A stretch of DNA of 64,000 nucleotides from Burkholderiaceae bacterium (GCA_030158675.1 JAOASL010000033.1:17160-81159); one strand, 5' to 3'; counted from the stretch's first letter, positions 53,709 through 63,026 are shown. Made by a program: numbers and translations. The notes: generated by a model from the letters alone, not told the origin.

Positions 53709-55816
53709 GCGGCCTCCTTGTGCGGCACGATCGCAATCATCGTGCGCTTTTTTTCCTGTATCAACGGCAGACATTGCTTGTCGTCCTGCCAGATCGCGAC
53801 GCAATCGAGGCACTGGAAGCATTCCTGGTACGCCACCTTGCCTTCCTTCGAAATCGACTGGTAGTCGCAACGGCTGCGGCAGGTCTGGCATGGCTTGCCG
53901 CAGGCATCACGACGCGCGATCCAGCCCCAGCGCTGCAGTGGGTTCAGCACAGCCAGCGCAGCACCGAGCGGACAGATGTAGCGGCAATAGCCGCGATAGA
54001 CGAAAACACTCAGCGCAAGACAGGCCAGCGCCCAGGCCACGTACGGCCAGTCGCGCACGAAATACAGGCTGATCGCTGTCTTGAACGGTTCGATTTCAAC
54101 AAGAATTTCAGTCGCTGACGGTGCAGCCCAGAGCGATGCGACGATCGCCGCCAGCACGCCGTACTTGATCCACTTCAGCCGACGGTCCCATTCGTGGCGG
54201 ATGCGCCGGTGGCGCACGCCGACAACCCGCATCGTCTTGCTGACCAGTTCCTGCAATGCGCCGAACGGGCACAACCAGCCGCAGAAGGTGCCGCGCCCCC
54301 AGACCAGCAGCGTGACAAATACGGCCAGCCACAAAATCACCGTCATCGGATCAGTCAGCAAAAAGCGCAGGTCATTGCCCATCGCCAGCGATTCAATCGA
54401 CGAGGTGATGTTGACGATCGACAGCTGTCCCTGAAACAGCCAGCCAATGCCACTCACGGTAAACAGCAAAAAAGGCACGCGGACACGGCGCAGACGCCGC
54501 GCACTGGTCGTCACGCTGTGCTGGCGCAGCAGCACCGTGCTCAGCACGGCCAGCGCACAGAACAGCAAGCCGATCTCCCACCAGCGCTTCTGCCAGACCT
54601 CGAACCAGTCCGAATCACGCCACGATGCCAGGGTCGCGCGCCAGCCATGGAAGCGATACGGCAGCGGGAAAGCGGCGGTGGCCACCATGGTCGGGAACGG
54701 ACCGTAGCGGCGCTGCAGCCTGACCGTCAGATCGAAGGCGCGTGTGACGTCGAAAGGCGTGTCGGCGTCGATGATGAAAATGCGGTTGCGCGCACGGCTG
54801 TCGGTGGGCAGTTTGACGGTTTCGTCATAGCCCAGCTGGCGCAGCGGCAGCGGCTTGCCGTCCTGCTCCAGCGTGAAGCTCAGCGAACCGCCGCGCGGGC
54901 CGCGCAGCAGGTCCGACAGCGGCCCGCTTTCACTGACCAGGAGGGCTTCGCCGCCGCGCAGGTTGGCTTCGACGACGCGCCAGCCTTTGTCGTCCAGTAG
55001 GTTGCGCCCGATCTGCGGCAGGCTGACCAGCGCAACGTGAAACTCGATCGCCAACTCGTCCGGATGCGATGCCGCGTCGGCATCGGCCCCGGCCGCACGC
55101 GTGCCCTTGAACGCCGCCTCGATCTGCGCGCGCGCCAGTCGCGTGGTCTCGACCATGCGACGCGATTGCAGTTGCGCCCAGTCCAGCGAACGGATATCGA
55201 CATCGCTGGCGCGCCGAGTCATGCGTTTACCTTCGGACGCCCCATTACTCTCGAGCGCTTCGGGCGCCAGCGTCAGCACGGTATTTACTGACTGCAGCAT
55301 GGTCTTGTCGATCGCGCGCGCGGTCACCGTGCCGGCCTGCACGCCATGCAGTATGGCCTGCTGGCTGTCACGACTGACCGCCGCCTGCGGGCCCTTGATG
55401 TCGATATGGTGGCGCACCGACAGGCCTTTGTACTGCGCGGCGAAGTCGGCGATCTTGCGCGTGCCGGATTCGGCACGGAACAGCGGCTCGCGATGCTCGA
55501 GCAATCGCACCTCAAGATAATTGCCTTCGGTGTCGGTGAGCACGAACAAATTGATCGGCTTGCCGCTGTAGCCGCGCACCGGTTCGATGTCGACCGATTC
55601 GAATGCATAGCCGCTCAGCTGCGGCTTCTGGCCAGGAATGGCCGGGTCGCGCTGATACAGCGGCCAGACCGGCAGCATCGACAGCATGTCGCCGACGATG
55701 TAGCGCGCACCCAGCTCCTGTTCGACATCGATCTTGCGCAAGGTGGTCGCGCCGACGGCGCTGGCCAGCAGCGCAAGCAGGCAGCTCAGCAGCGCCCGCA
55801 ACAACAGATTCTTCAC
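53705..55816 (-). CDS. NosR/NirI-family membrane redox protein (periplasmic FMN-binding-type domain, polytopic core, C-terminal Cys clusters)
   Basis: Probable GTG start at 55816; the maximal ORF extends to 55936. Signal/anchor KNLLLRALLSCLLALLASAVGA. Two CxxxCP motifs (CGWLCP, CRYICP) and ferredoxin-like clusters CGKPCQTCRSRC and CFQCLDC. Confidence 0.82.
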   Translation of the reverse strand: MKNLLLRALLSCLLALLASAVGATTLRKIDVEQELGARYIVGDMLSMLPVWPLYQRDPAIPGQKPQLSGYAFESVDIEPVRGYSGKPINLFVLTDTEGNYLEVRLLEHREPLFRAESGTRKIADFAAQYKGLSVRHHIDIKGPQAAVSRDSQQAILHGVQAGTVTARAIDKTMLQSVNTVLTLAPEALESNGASEGKRMTRRASDVDIRSLDWAQLQSRRMVETTRLARAQIEAAFKGTRAAGADADAASHPDELAIEFHVALVSLPQIGRNLLDDKGWRVVEANLRGGEALLVSESGPLSDLLRGPRGGSLSFTLEQDGKPLPLRQLGYDETVKLPTDSRARNRIFIIDADTPFDVTRAFDLTVRLQRRYGPFPTMVATAAFPLPYRFHGWRATLASWRDSDWFEVWQKRWWEIGLLFCALAVLSTVLLRQHSVTTSARRLRRVRVPFLLFTVSGIGWLFQGQLSIVNITSSIESLAMGNDLRFLLTDPMTVILWLAVFVTLLVWGRGTFCGWLCPFGALQELVSKTMRVVGVRHRRIRHEWDRRLKWIKYGVLAAIVASLWAAPSATEILVEIEPFKTAISLYFVRDWPYVAWALACLALSVFVYRGYCRYICPLGAALAVLNPLQRWGWIARRDACGKPCQTCRSRCDYQSISKEGKVAYQECFQCLDCVAIWQDDKQCLPLIQEKKRTMIAIVPHKEAA

Positions 55817-55936
55817 GTGTCCCCAGCCGCATTGCTCATGATTTGCGGGCAATGTACACCAGCGTGGCGCCGGCGCCCTTTGAATTCCTTTAAGCGCGCT
55901 TTGTGGCGAGAAAGGGGCGCGGGGACTCGCGCGCAA

Positions 55937-56947
55937 TCAGGCCGGCATCATCAATGCCTGTGCGGAGATATCGAGCGAGCGCAGGCGCAGCGCCGGGTCA
56001 TACACATCGGACACCAGGATGAATTCGTCAGCACGGGTCAGTTCTGCCAGTTGCCCGAAGCCGTCGCGCACCGTGTCCGGACCGCCGATCACGGCCGCGG
56101 CGAGAAAATCGGCGATCGCTTCCTGTGCCGGCAGGTCCAGGCTGTCCATAAATCCGGGCACAGGCGGCTGCAGCGGGCGGCGGTCGCCGGTCAGGATGCC
56201 GAGCACGCGCTGATAGGTGCTGCTGGCAAGATACTCGGCCTCGTCATCGCTCGGCGCTGCAATCACTTGCATGCCGATCGCGACATAGGGCTCGCTGAGG
56301 GTGTCAGAGGGCCTGAATTCATTGCGGTACAGCGCGATGGCCTGCATCAGCAAGCGCGGCGCAAAGTGCGATGCGAACGCATACGGCAGCCCGCGCGCCG
56401 CCGCCAGCCGCGCGGAGAACAGGCTGGAGCCGAGCAGCCAGATCGGCACATTCGTTCCCGCGCCCGGCATCGCGATCACACGCTGGCCCGGCTGCGCCGG
56501 CCCGAGCAGGTGCTGCAATTCGGCGACGTCTTGCGGAAAGTCGTCTTCGCTTTCAACACGATCGCGCCTCAGCGCACGCATGGTCAGTCCGTCCGTGCCC
56601 GGTGCGCGGCCAAGGCCGAGGTCGATACGGCCCGGATACAGCTCGGCGAGGGTACCGAAAGCTTCGGCGACCACCAGCGGCGCATGATTGGGCAGCATCA
56701 CCCCCCCCGAGCCCACCCGGATGCGCGATGTGCCGCCGGCGATATGACCGACCAGCACCGCCGTGGCCGAGCACGCCAGGCCGGCCATATTGTGATGTTC
56801 TGCCAGCCAGTAGCGGGTAAAGCCCAGCGACTCGGCATGCTGCGCGGTACGCAGCGCAATCGCCAGTGCGTCGGCGACGGTGCCGCCTTCACGCACGGCC
56901 ACCAGGTCAAGCATCGAAAGACGGGGAGACATCGGGGATGAGGACAT
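55937..56947 (-). CDS. LLM-class (luciferase-like) flavin-dependent oxidoreductase
   Basis: ORF trimmed to the ATG at 56947; 56932 is also possible. LSMLDLVAV...[12 protein letters not shown]...[36 protein letters not shown] is typical of the YhbW-like LLM subgroup. Confidence 0.88.
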   Translation of the reverse strand: MSSSPMSPRLSMLDLVAVREGGTVADALAIALRTAQHAESLGFTRYWLAEHHNMAGLACSATAVLVGHIAGGTSRIRVGSGGVMLPNHAPLVVAEAFGTLAELYPGRIDLGLGRAPGTDGLTMRALRRDRVESEDDFPQDVAELQHLLGPAQPGQRVIAMPGAGTNVPIWLLGSSLFSARLAAARGLPYAFASHFAPRLLMQAIALYRNEFRPSDTLSEPYVAIGMQVIAAPSDDEAEYLASSTYQRVLGILTGDRRPLQPPVPGFMDSLDLPAQEAIADFLAAAVIGGPDTVRDGFGQLAELTRADEFILVSDVYDPALRLRSLDISAQALMMPA

Positions 56948-57136
56948 GTTCAGCCAATGAAAAGGTCGCCGGAACCTCCGGCAAGGGCGAAGTATAAGCC
57001 CGCCATTGATTCGGCTCCGGACAGGACGGACACACATCCGCCGTGCTTCGACGCAGCAATCTCGGGCAATTATCAAAACAATAAATCTGGCGCTCGATCT
57101 GAAAACCGAGCATCGGTGCGGTCTTTGGTTGCAGGC

Positions 57137-57159
57137 TTATCCACAGATTTTGGGGATAA
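57137..57159. promoter_or_regulatory. Inverted pair of DnaA-box-like 9-mers / palindromic operator
   Basis: TTATCCACA (exact DnaA-box consensus) at 57137..57145, then a 5-nt spacer, then TGGGGATAA (reverse complement TTATCCCCA, one mismatch) at 57151..57159. The site lies in the divergent region between the LLM and glcG-like genes. Confidence 0.3.
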
Positions 57160-57434
57160 CTCAGGCAAATCGGCCGACAGTGCAAGGGCAAGTCACTGAT
57201 TTTTAAAAGATTTAAAAAATCCTTTCGGGCTCGAAAAAAAACGTGCACTTCTCCTGACTGCACGCAAATACGCGCCGCAACAATGTCGTACGAGAAAAGG
57301 AACTTTCGACGCGAGTGGCGTTACGCGCGTCCATCTGCAACCGGGACAAAATCCCCGCTGAACGAATGCAAAACGCCGCCAGCGGCGCTCTCGGCTACCA
57401 TGGCGTTCCATTCAAACAACTCAGGGATCACGCC

Positions 57435-57923
57435 ATGAAAATCCGTCACTTGTTCACCGCCGCTCTGGCCACGTTCGCGCTGACCGGTGCGGCGCACGCG
57501 CAGCAACAGAAGACCACGCTGGGGCTGGAGGCCGCGAAAAAAATGGCCGCCGCCTGCGAGGACTTCGCGCGCAAGGAGGGCTGGAACATGATCATCGCGA
57601 TCGTTGATGATGGCGGCAACCTGAAGCAGTTCAGCCGGATGGACAACTCCTTCCGCGCCAGCATCGAGATCGCGCAACTGAAGGCGAATACATCGTCCGG
57701 CTTCCCGCGCTCGACCCGTCAGGTCGGCGAGATCGCGCAACAGCGCGCGCCGGGCATCGTGCATGTGCCGGGCATCGTGACGTTCGCCGGCGGCCTGCCG
57801 ATCATCACGGCCAAAGGCGAGCACATCGGCGCCATCGGCGTCAGCGGCGCCACCTCCGATCAGGACGAGATCTGCGCACAGGCCGGACTGGACGCGGTCA
57901 AGGCCGAACTGAATCTGAAATAA
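57435..57923 (+). CDS. GlcG/HbpS-like heme-binding protein (DUF336) with signal peptide
   Basis: ORF trimmed to the ATG at 57435. Signal peptide MKIRHLFTAALATFALTGAAHA. Contains the AIGVSGATSDQDEICAQAG motif. Confidence 0.85.
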   Translation: MKIRHLFTAALATFALTGAAHAQQQKTTLGLEAAKKMAAACEDFARKEGWNMIIAIVDDGGNLKQFSRMDNSFRASIEIAQLKANTSSGFPRSTRQVGEIAQQRAPGIVHVPGIVTFAGGLPIITAKGEHIGAIGVSGATSDQDEICAQAGLDAVKAELNLK

Positions 57924-57956
57924 AAAAACCGGATGCGGGCTTGCGCCGGCATCCGG
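57922..57956 (-). terminator. Rho-independent terminator (minus strand; possibly bidirectional)
   Basis: On the minus strand, CCGGATGC...GCATCCGG followed by TTTTTTT. It lies between the convergent glcG-like gene and the small His/Lys-rich gene. Confidence 0.75.
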
Positions 57957-57972
57957 TGTCGATGCGAGCGGT

Positions 57973-58347
57973 TTACTTGGGTTTCTGGTCGGCCGGCTTC
58001 TTGCCGTCGGCGCCCTTAGCTTCCTTGTTGGCGGCCTTGGCGTCGGCTGCCGGTGCGGCGGCGTCAGGCGCGGCACCTTCGCCCTGAGCCTTTTTCGGGC
58101 CGCCCTTGTGGGCTTCTTTGTGCATTTCCATTTGGCCTTCCTCATGGCCCTCGGCCCGGCCTTTGCCGTGTTCCTTGCTATGGCCTTTCCGCTTGCCCTT
58201 CTCATGGCCTAGCGCCTTACCTTCCTTGCCCGGCTCTGCAGGGCTGGCCGGCGTGGCGGCAGGTGCTGCCGTGTCGGGCTTGGCCGCCTGTGCGAATGCT
58301 GCCGTCGAAGCGATCATCAGGGCGGTAATCAAAGCGAGTTTTTTCAT
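57973..58347 (-). CDS. Small secreted low-complexity His/Lys/Gly/Ala-rich protein
   Basis: AGGAGA RBS. Signal peptide MKKLALITALMIASTAAFA. Repetitive GHEKGKRKGHSKEHGKGRAEGHEEG core. Confidence 0.7.
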   Translation of the reverse strand: MKKLALITALMIASTAAFAQAAKPDTAAPAATPASPAEPGKEGKALGHEKGKRKGHSKEHGKGRAEGHEEGQMEMHKEAHKGGPKKAQGEGAAPDAAAPAADAKAANKEAKGADGKKPADQKPK

Positions 58348-58534
58348 CGGGGTTCTCCTGTCAGTGAAAGTGCGGGTCGCCAGCAGCTGGCGCGAGCTTG
58401 AAACACATTCATCTTACGGCCGCAGCATGTGCCGCTTTAAAACTGCTTACAAATGTAAACCAATCTGCAGACACCTGGAGCGTTCACCGACGATGGCAGC
58501 CGGAAGAAAAACCGTCTTACCGGCGCAGAGCCGC

Positions 58535-59815
58535 TCAGGCATCTATCAGGATCGCCCTGAAATCATTCACGTTCGTCAGCGTCGGACCGGTGACCACCGC
58601 ATCGCCGAGCGCACTGAAATAAGTATGGCCGTCATTGTTGGCCAGGTACTGCAGCACCGGCATGGCCTGCGTCCACGCGCGCGCCAGCGTGTCCGGCCCG
58701 ACGAGAGCGCCGGCGATTTCTTCCAGACCGTCGACCCCATCGGTGTCGCCCATCAGCGCATGAATGCGCGCATGGCCGCCAAGCGTCGCTGCCAGCGACA
58801 GCAGACATTCGACATTGCGCCCGCCCCGCCCTTCGCCACGCACGGTGACGGTGGTCTCGCCACCGGACAGCAGCACGCAGGGCGCCGCAAACGGCTGGCC
58901 ACGCCCGGCCACTTGCAATGCGATCGCCGCCAGCACCTTGCCGACGTCGCGTGCCTCACCTTCGATCGCATCGCCCAGAATGTGGGCGCGATAGCCCGCC
59001 TGCTCGGCCACGCGCGCCGCTGCTTCCAGCGCCATCTGCGGCGTCGCGATCATCCTGACCTCGTTACGCGCCAGCCGCGCGTCACCCGGCTTGACCGATT
59101 CGCCGCGTCCGCTGCTCAGCACCGCGCGCACTTCGTGCGCCAGTTCGATCTGGTAGCGATCGACGATGGCCAGCGCATCGGCGCAGGTGGTCGGGTCGGC
59201 CACCGTCGGACCCGACGCGATATCGACCGGATGATCGCCCGGCACGTCCGACAGCAGCAGCGTGATCACGCGCGCCGGATGACAGGCCGCCGCCAGCCTG
59301 CCGCCCTTGATCGCCGACAGGTGCCGGCGCACGCAATTCATCTCGCTGATGGTCGCACCCGACGCCAGCAGCGCCCGGTTCACCGCCTGCTTGTGCGCCA
59401 GCGTCAGCCCGTCGACCGGCAAGGGCATCAGCGACGAGCCGCCGCCCGAGATCAGGCATAGCACCACGTCATCGGCCGACAGTCCCTGCACGAACGCCAT
59501 CATGCGCTGTGCCGCCACCAGTCCGGCCTCGTCCGGCACCGGATGCGCGGCCTCGACGATCTCGATGCGTTCGCACGGCACGTTGTAGCCGTAACGCGTG
59601 ATCACCAGCCCCGTCAGCGGCCCGTCCCACGCATCTTCAACCGCGCGGGCCATCGCCGCCGACGCCTTGCCGGCGCCGATCACGACCAGCCGGCCATGGG
59701 TGCCCAGCGCCTCGCGCGACGGCAGTTGTGGCGGCACGCACAGCGCCGGCTGGGCGGAAGCGACTGCGGCGTCGAACATGCGCCTGAGCAGCGCTTCTTG
59801 TGCTTTTGCCGCCAT
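58535..59815 (-). CDS. Glycerate 2-kinase / hydroxypyruvate-reductase-like protein (DUF4147 + MOFRL, TtuD type)
   Basis: ORF trimmed to the ATG at 59815, which overlaps the upstream TAA. MAAKAQEALLRRMFDAAVASAQPALCVP, VVIGAGKASAAMA and a C-terminal MOFRL-like block ending GPTLTNVNDF. Confidence 0.85.
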   Translation of the reverse strand: MAAKAQEALLRRMFDAAVASAQPALCVPPQLPSREALGTHGRLVVIGAGKASAAMARAVEDAWDGPLTGLVITRYGYNVPCERIEIVEAAHPVPDEAGLVAAQRMMAFVQGLSADDVVLCLISGGGSSLMPLPVDGLTLAHKQAVNRALLASGATISEMNCVRRHLSAIKGGRLAAACHPARVITLLLSDVPGDHPVDIASGPTVADPTTCADALAIVDRYQIELAHEVRAVLSSGRGESVKPGDARLARNEVRMIATPQMALEAAARVAEQAGYRAHILGDAIEGEARDVGKVLAAIALQVAGRGQPFAAPCVLLSGGETTVTVRGEGRGGRNVECLLSLAATLGGHARIHALMGDTDGVDGLEEIAGALVGPDTLARAWTQAMPVLQYLANNDGHTYFSALGDAVVTGPTLTNVNDFRAILIDA

Positions 59816-60705
59816 TACTGCTTCTCGATCGTAAAATTGGCCATGTTTTCCAGCGCCTTCACCATCGCCGAATGGTCCCAGCCCTTGCCGCCGTGCCCGA
59901 CACACGAGCTGAACAGCTGCTGCGCATTCGCGGTATTCGGCAACGACAGCCCGAGCGAACGGGCGGCAGTCAGCGCGAGGTTCAGGTCCTTCTGGTGCAG
60001 CTCGATACGGAAGCCGGGGTCGAAGGTACGCTTGATCATCCGCTCGCCATGCACCTCAAGGATCTTCGACGACGCAAAGCCGCCCATCAGGGCTTGCCGC
60101 ACCTTGGCCGGATCAGCGCCATTGCGCGCGGCGAACAGCAGCGCCTCAGCGACCGCCTCAATGTTCAGCGCGACGATGATCTGGTTCGCCACCTTGGCGG
60201 TCTGGCCGTCGCCATTGCTACCGACCAGCGTGATGTTCTTGCCCATCAGCTCGAAAAGCGGCCTGACTTTGCCGAAGGTCGCATCGCTGCCGCCGACCAT
60301 GATGGTCAGCGTTGCATTCTTCGCGCCGACCTCGCCGCCGGACACTGGCGCGTCAAGATAGTCAGCGCCGAGCGCCGCGATTTTCTGCGCGAATTCCTTG
60401 GTCGAGATCGGCGAGATCGAGCTCATGTCGACCACGGTCTTCCCTTTCGTCAGCCCCGCGGCCACACCCTGTTCGCCGAACAGCACCTTTTCCACGTCTG
60501 GCGTGTCGGGCAGCATCAGGAAAATGATGTCGGCCATCTGTGCGACCTCGGTCGCGCTTGCGCAGACCTGTGCACCGTCCTGCAACAGGTAGTCAGCGGT
60601 CTTGCTGCGCGTGTGCGTAAACAACTGATGGCCGGCCTTCAGCAGGTGCTGCGCCATTGGCGCGCCCATGATGCCCAGCCCGATGAATCCGAGTTTCATG
60701 CTCAT
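59815..60705 (-). CDS. 2-hydroxy-3-oxopropionate (tartronate semialdehyde) reductase
   Basis: ATG at 60705 with GGAGA 6 nt upstream. NAD-binding site MKLGFIGLGIMGAPMAQHL. 3-hydroxyisobutyrate dehydrogenase-family fold. Confidence 0.88.
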   Translation of the reverse strand: MSMKLGFIGLGIMGAPMAQHLLKAGHQLFTHTRSKTADYLLQDGAQVCASATEVAQMADIIFLMLPDTPDVEKVLFGEQGVAAGLTKGKTVVDMSSISPISTKEFAQKIAALGADYLDAPVSGGEVGAKNATLTIMVGGSDATFGKVRPLFELMGKNITLVGSNGDGQTAKVANQIIVALNIEAVAEALLFAARNGADPAKVRQALMGGFASSKILEVHGERMIKRTFDPGFRIELHQKDLNLALTAARSLGLSLPNTANAQQLFSSCVGHGGKGWDHSAMVKALENMANFTIEKQ

Positions 60706-60891
60706 TGCTTGTCTCCATTGCATCTTTTATTTCACTAGCGCCTTCAGACGATACCGACCTCGGTCTGCGCGGCAGGCTCATTGCGAGCCGCGATTATCCG
60801 CGATCTGGATCGGACGGCAAACCTGAGCAACTTCATTTCCTCAATTTTTACCGGACGGCGACGTGCACAGCGGATGAGACCGTCGGAGAAT

Positions 60892-61623
60892 TCAGCCGGC
60901 GAAACGGCTGAACAGCCACGGAATCAGCACCGCGCCGAGCACGCCGTGCATGCCCATGCCGAGGCTGGCATACGTTCCCGCCTCCGGATGCACGCTGAAA
61001 GCGCGCGAGGTGCCGATGCCATGCGATGCGACGCCGAGCGCAAAGCCGCGCTGCCACCACTGCCGCATCTTCAGCGCGTCCATCACATACCGGCCGAGGA
61101 TGGCACCAAGCACACCCGTCGATAGCGCGTACACGGCAGTCAGCGTCGGCGACACATAAATACGTTCGGCGATGCCCATGGCAATCGGAGCCGTCACCGA
61201 CTTCGCATACAGCCCGCCGATCAGTGCCGCATCCAGCCCGAACAAATGCGCAGCGCCCAGCGCAGACGCCACGGATGTCACGCCGCCGGCCAGCAACACG
61301 CCGAGCAGGAGAGCGAAGCGGCCACGCAGCGACGCCCAGCTTTTGTAGATCGGAATGGCCAGCGAGACCGTCGCTGTACCGAGCATGAAATGCACGAACT
61401 GCGCGCCTTCGAAATATTTTTTATACGGGATGTCGAGCAGGCCGACCACGGATGAAACGATCAGCACGGCGATCAGCACCGGGTTGGCGATCGGATTGCG
61501 CTGGCTGCGCTCATACATCGTGTGGCCGAACCAGTAAGCCGACAGCGTCAGCACCAGCGCAAACAGCGGATTGCCGGACAGGTAGACCCAGATTTCGGCG
61601 ATCTGCGGCAGCTCAGCTTTCAC
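60892..61623 (-). CDS. LrgB/CidB family membrane protein
   Basis: 243-aa polytopic protein with a GTG start that overlaps the upstream LrgA-like gene by 11 nt. Confidence 0.85.
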   Translation of the reverse strand: MKAELPQIAEIWVYLSGNPLFALVLTLSAYWFGHTMYERSQRNPIANPVLIAVLIVSSVVGLLDIPYKKYFEGAQFVHFMLGTATVSLAIPIYKSWASLRGRFALLLGVLLAGGVTSVASALGAAHLFGLDAALIGGLYAKSVTAPIAMGIAERIYVSPTLTAVYALSTGVLGAILGRYVMDALKMRQWWQRGFALGVASHGIGTSRAFSVHPEAGTYASLGMGMHGVLGAVLIPWLFSRFAG

Positions 61624-61984
61624 GCTTCTCTCCCGCGAACAGTTTCAGCAGGCCACCGGTCACGGTGATGGTCGCGACCACACTGATCAGCAGCGTACCG
61701 ACCACGGCCCAGGCGTTCGCCTTGAGGATCGGCAAATACAGCAGCACGCCAACTGAGGCCGGTATGAACAGCAATCCGAGGTGCTGCAGGATGGCGCTGC
61801 CGACACCGTCGATGTCGGACGGCAGCCTGCGCGCGAGGAGCAGAAACAGCAGCAGCAGCACCAGCCCGATCACGGGGCCGGGGATGAAGGGAATCAGGAA
61901 GTTGGAGACCAACTCGCCCAGTGCCTGGAACAGAAAGAGTTTAACGAGGCCGGAGATCAAGAGCGAACCTGCGAAAAATGACAA
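61613..61984 (-). CDS. LrgA/CidA family holin-like membrane protein
   Basis: 123 aa, TTG start, 4 TM segments. FQALGELVSNFLIPFIPGPVIGLVLLLLFLLL is typical of LrgA/YohJ. Confidence 0.8.
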   Translation of the reverse strand: MSFFAGSLLISGLVKLFLFQALGELVSNFLIPFIPGPVIGLVLLLLFLLLARRLPSDIDGVGSAILQHLGLLFIPASVGVLLYLPILKANAWAVVGTLLISVVATITVTGGLLKLFAGEKRES

Positions 61985-62067
61985 AAAATGGAAGCATCAA
62001 CGATAGCAGAGTTTTATTCGGCCCCGGCTTATCGGGGCTGGCCCTCGGCCTGCGCCCTCTTGCACCT

Positions 62068-62961
62068 TCAATCGCCTATAAACGCCAGCAGCTCCTGCGC
62101 CACCCTGTTCGCCTGCTCGCGCTGCGGAAAATGGCCGACGCCGTCCAGCACCACGCGGTGGTACACGCCGCTGAACAAGGTTTCCTTGTGCGCCGATGTC
62201 GCCACCGGATTCACATAGTCGTCCTTGCCATGAATGACCAGCGTCGGCGTGGCGATCACGGGCGGCGGCTTGAGCGCGGCAGTGTCGCCCGCATAGACCG
62301 GATCGCCCGGCACGAAGCCCCAGCGGTGACGATAAGAATGCAGCGTCACGTCGATCCAGTCCGGATTGTCGAACGCCGCGGCGGTCGCGGCGAACTCGGC
62401 TTCGTCAAACCAGCCCGGCGGCGACCAGGTCTCCCACATCGTGTGCGCAAAGGCCTTCGGGTTTTCGCGCACGGTGCGCTCACCCAGCGGCGTTGCCATG
62501 AACCAGTGATACCAATAGCAGCGCGCCTGCTCTAGCGCCATCGGCTGCGACGGATCGTTGGTGCCGTAGCCGACCGACACCGACACCAAATGCGAACCCA
62601 GTCCCGGCACCAGTCCGGCGGCGTTCAGTACCGCGCGCGCACCCCAGTCATGACCGACCAGTACCGGCTGGTCGAGCGCGAGCGCCTGCACGAAACCGAT
62701 CAGGTCGCGACCAAGACTGACCAGCTCACCGCTGCGCGGCGTATCAGCGTCGAGAAAGCGCGTGCCGCCGAAGCCACGCAACGACGGCGCCAGCACGCGG
62801 TACCCGGCCTGCGCCAGCAGGGTCGCCACCGCGAACCAGGTGCGCACCGAATCCGGCCAGCCATGTACCAGCACGACAGTGCGCCGGCCGACAGGGTTCC
62901 ATTCGAGATATTCGATGTCGAGGCGCTCAATGCGCACGGATTTTTTTTCACACTGAGTCAT
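62068..62961 (-). CDS. Alpha/beta hydrolase, epoxide-hydrolase-like
   Basis: HGWPDS oxyanion motif, GHDWGA nucleophile elbow (Asp nucleophile) and a C-terminal GHFPQRE catalytic-His region. Confidence 0.88.
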   Translation of the reverse strand: MTQCEKKSVRIERLDIEYLEWNPVGRRTVVLVHGWPDSVRTWFAVATLLAQAGYRVLAPSLRGFGGTRFLDADTPRSGELVSLGRDLIGFVQALALDQPVLVGHDWGARAVLNAAGLVPGLGSHLVSVSVGYGTNDPSQPMALEQARCYWYHWFMATPLGERTVRENPKAFAHTMWETWSPPGWFDEAEFAATAAAFDNPDWIDVTLHSYRHRWGFVPGDPVYAGDTAALKPPPVIATPTLVIHGKDDYVNPVATSAHKETLFSGVYHRVVLDGVGHFPQREQANRVAQELLAFIGD

Positions 62962-63026
62962 TTTTTCCGGCCTGGTGGGCCGCTCTCTGATTACTTCATT
63001 CCGGGGGTAGCGACTCTGGCCGAAAT

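Noticed and set aside
52689-55936. nos (nitrous oxide reductase) gene cluster
   Set aside because: NosR-like and ApbE genes are present, but nosZ, nosD, nosF, nosY and nosL are absent from the window. It is therefore not called a nos cluster.
55346-56941. 531-aa plus-strand ORF
   Set aside because: It lies antisense across the NosR-like and LLM genes and crosses their intergenic gap. This is a shadow ORF.
57137-57222. DnaA boxes plus an AT-rich stretch considered as oriC
   Set aside because: There are only two boxes and no array of DnaA boxes. No 13-mer-type DUE repeats are present, and no dnaA, dnaN or gidA neighbourhood. The site is therefore reported only as a possible DnaA-binding or operator site.
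58106-59461. 451-aa plus-strand ORF
   Set aside because: It lies antisense to the small His/Lys-rich gene and the glycerate kinase gene. This is a shadow ORF.
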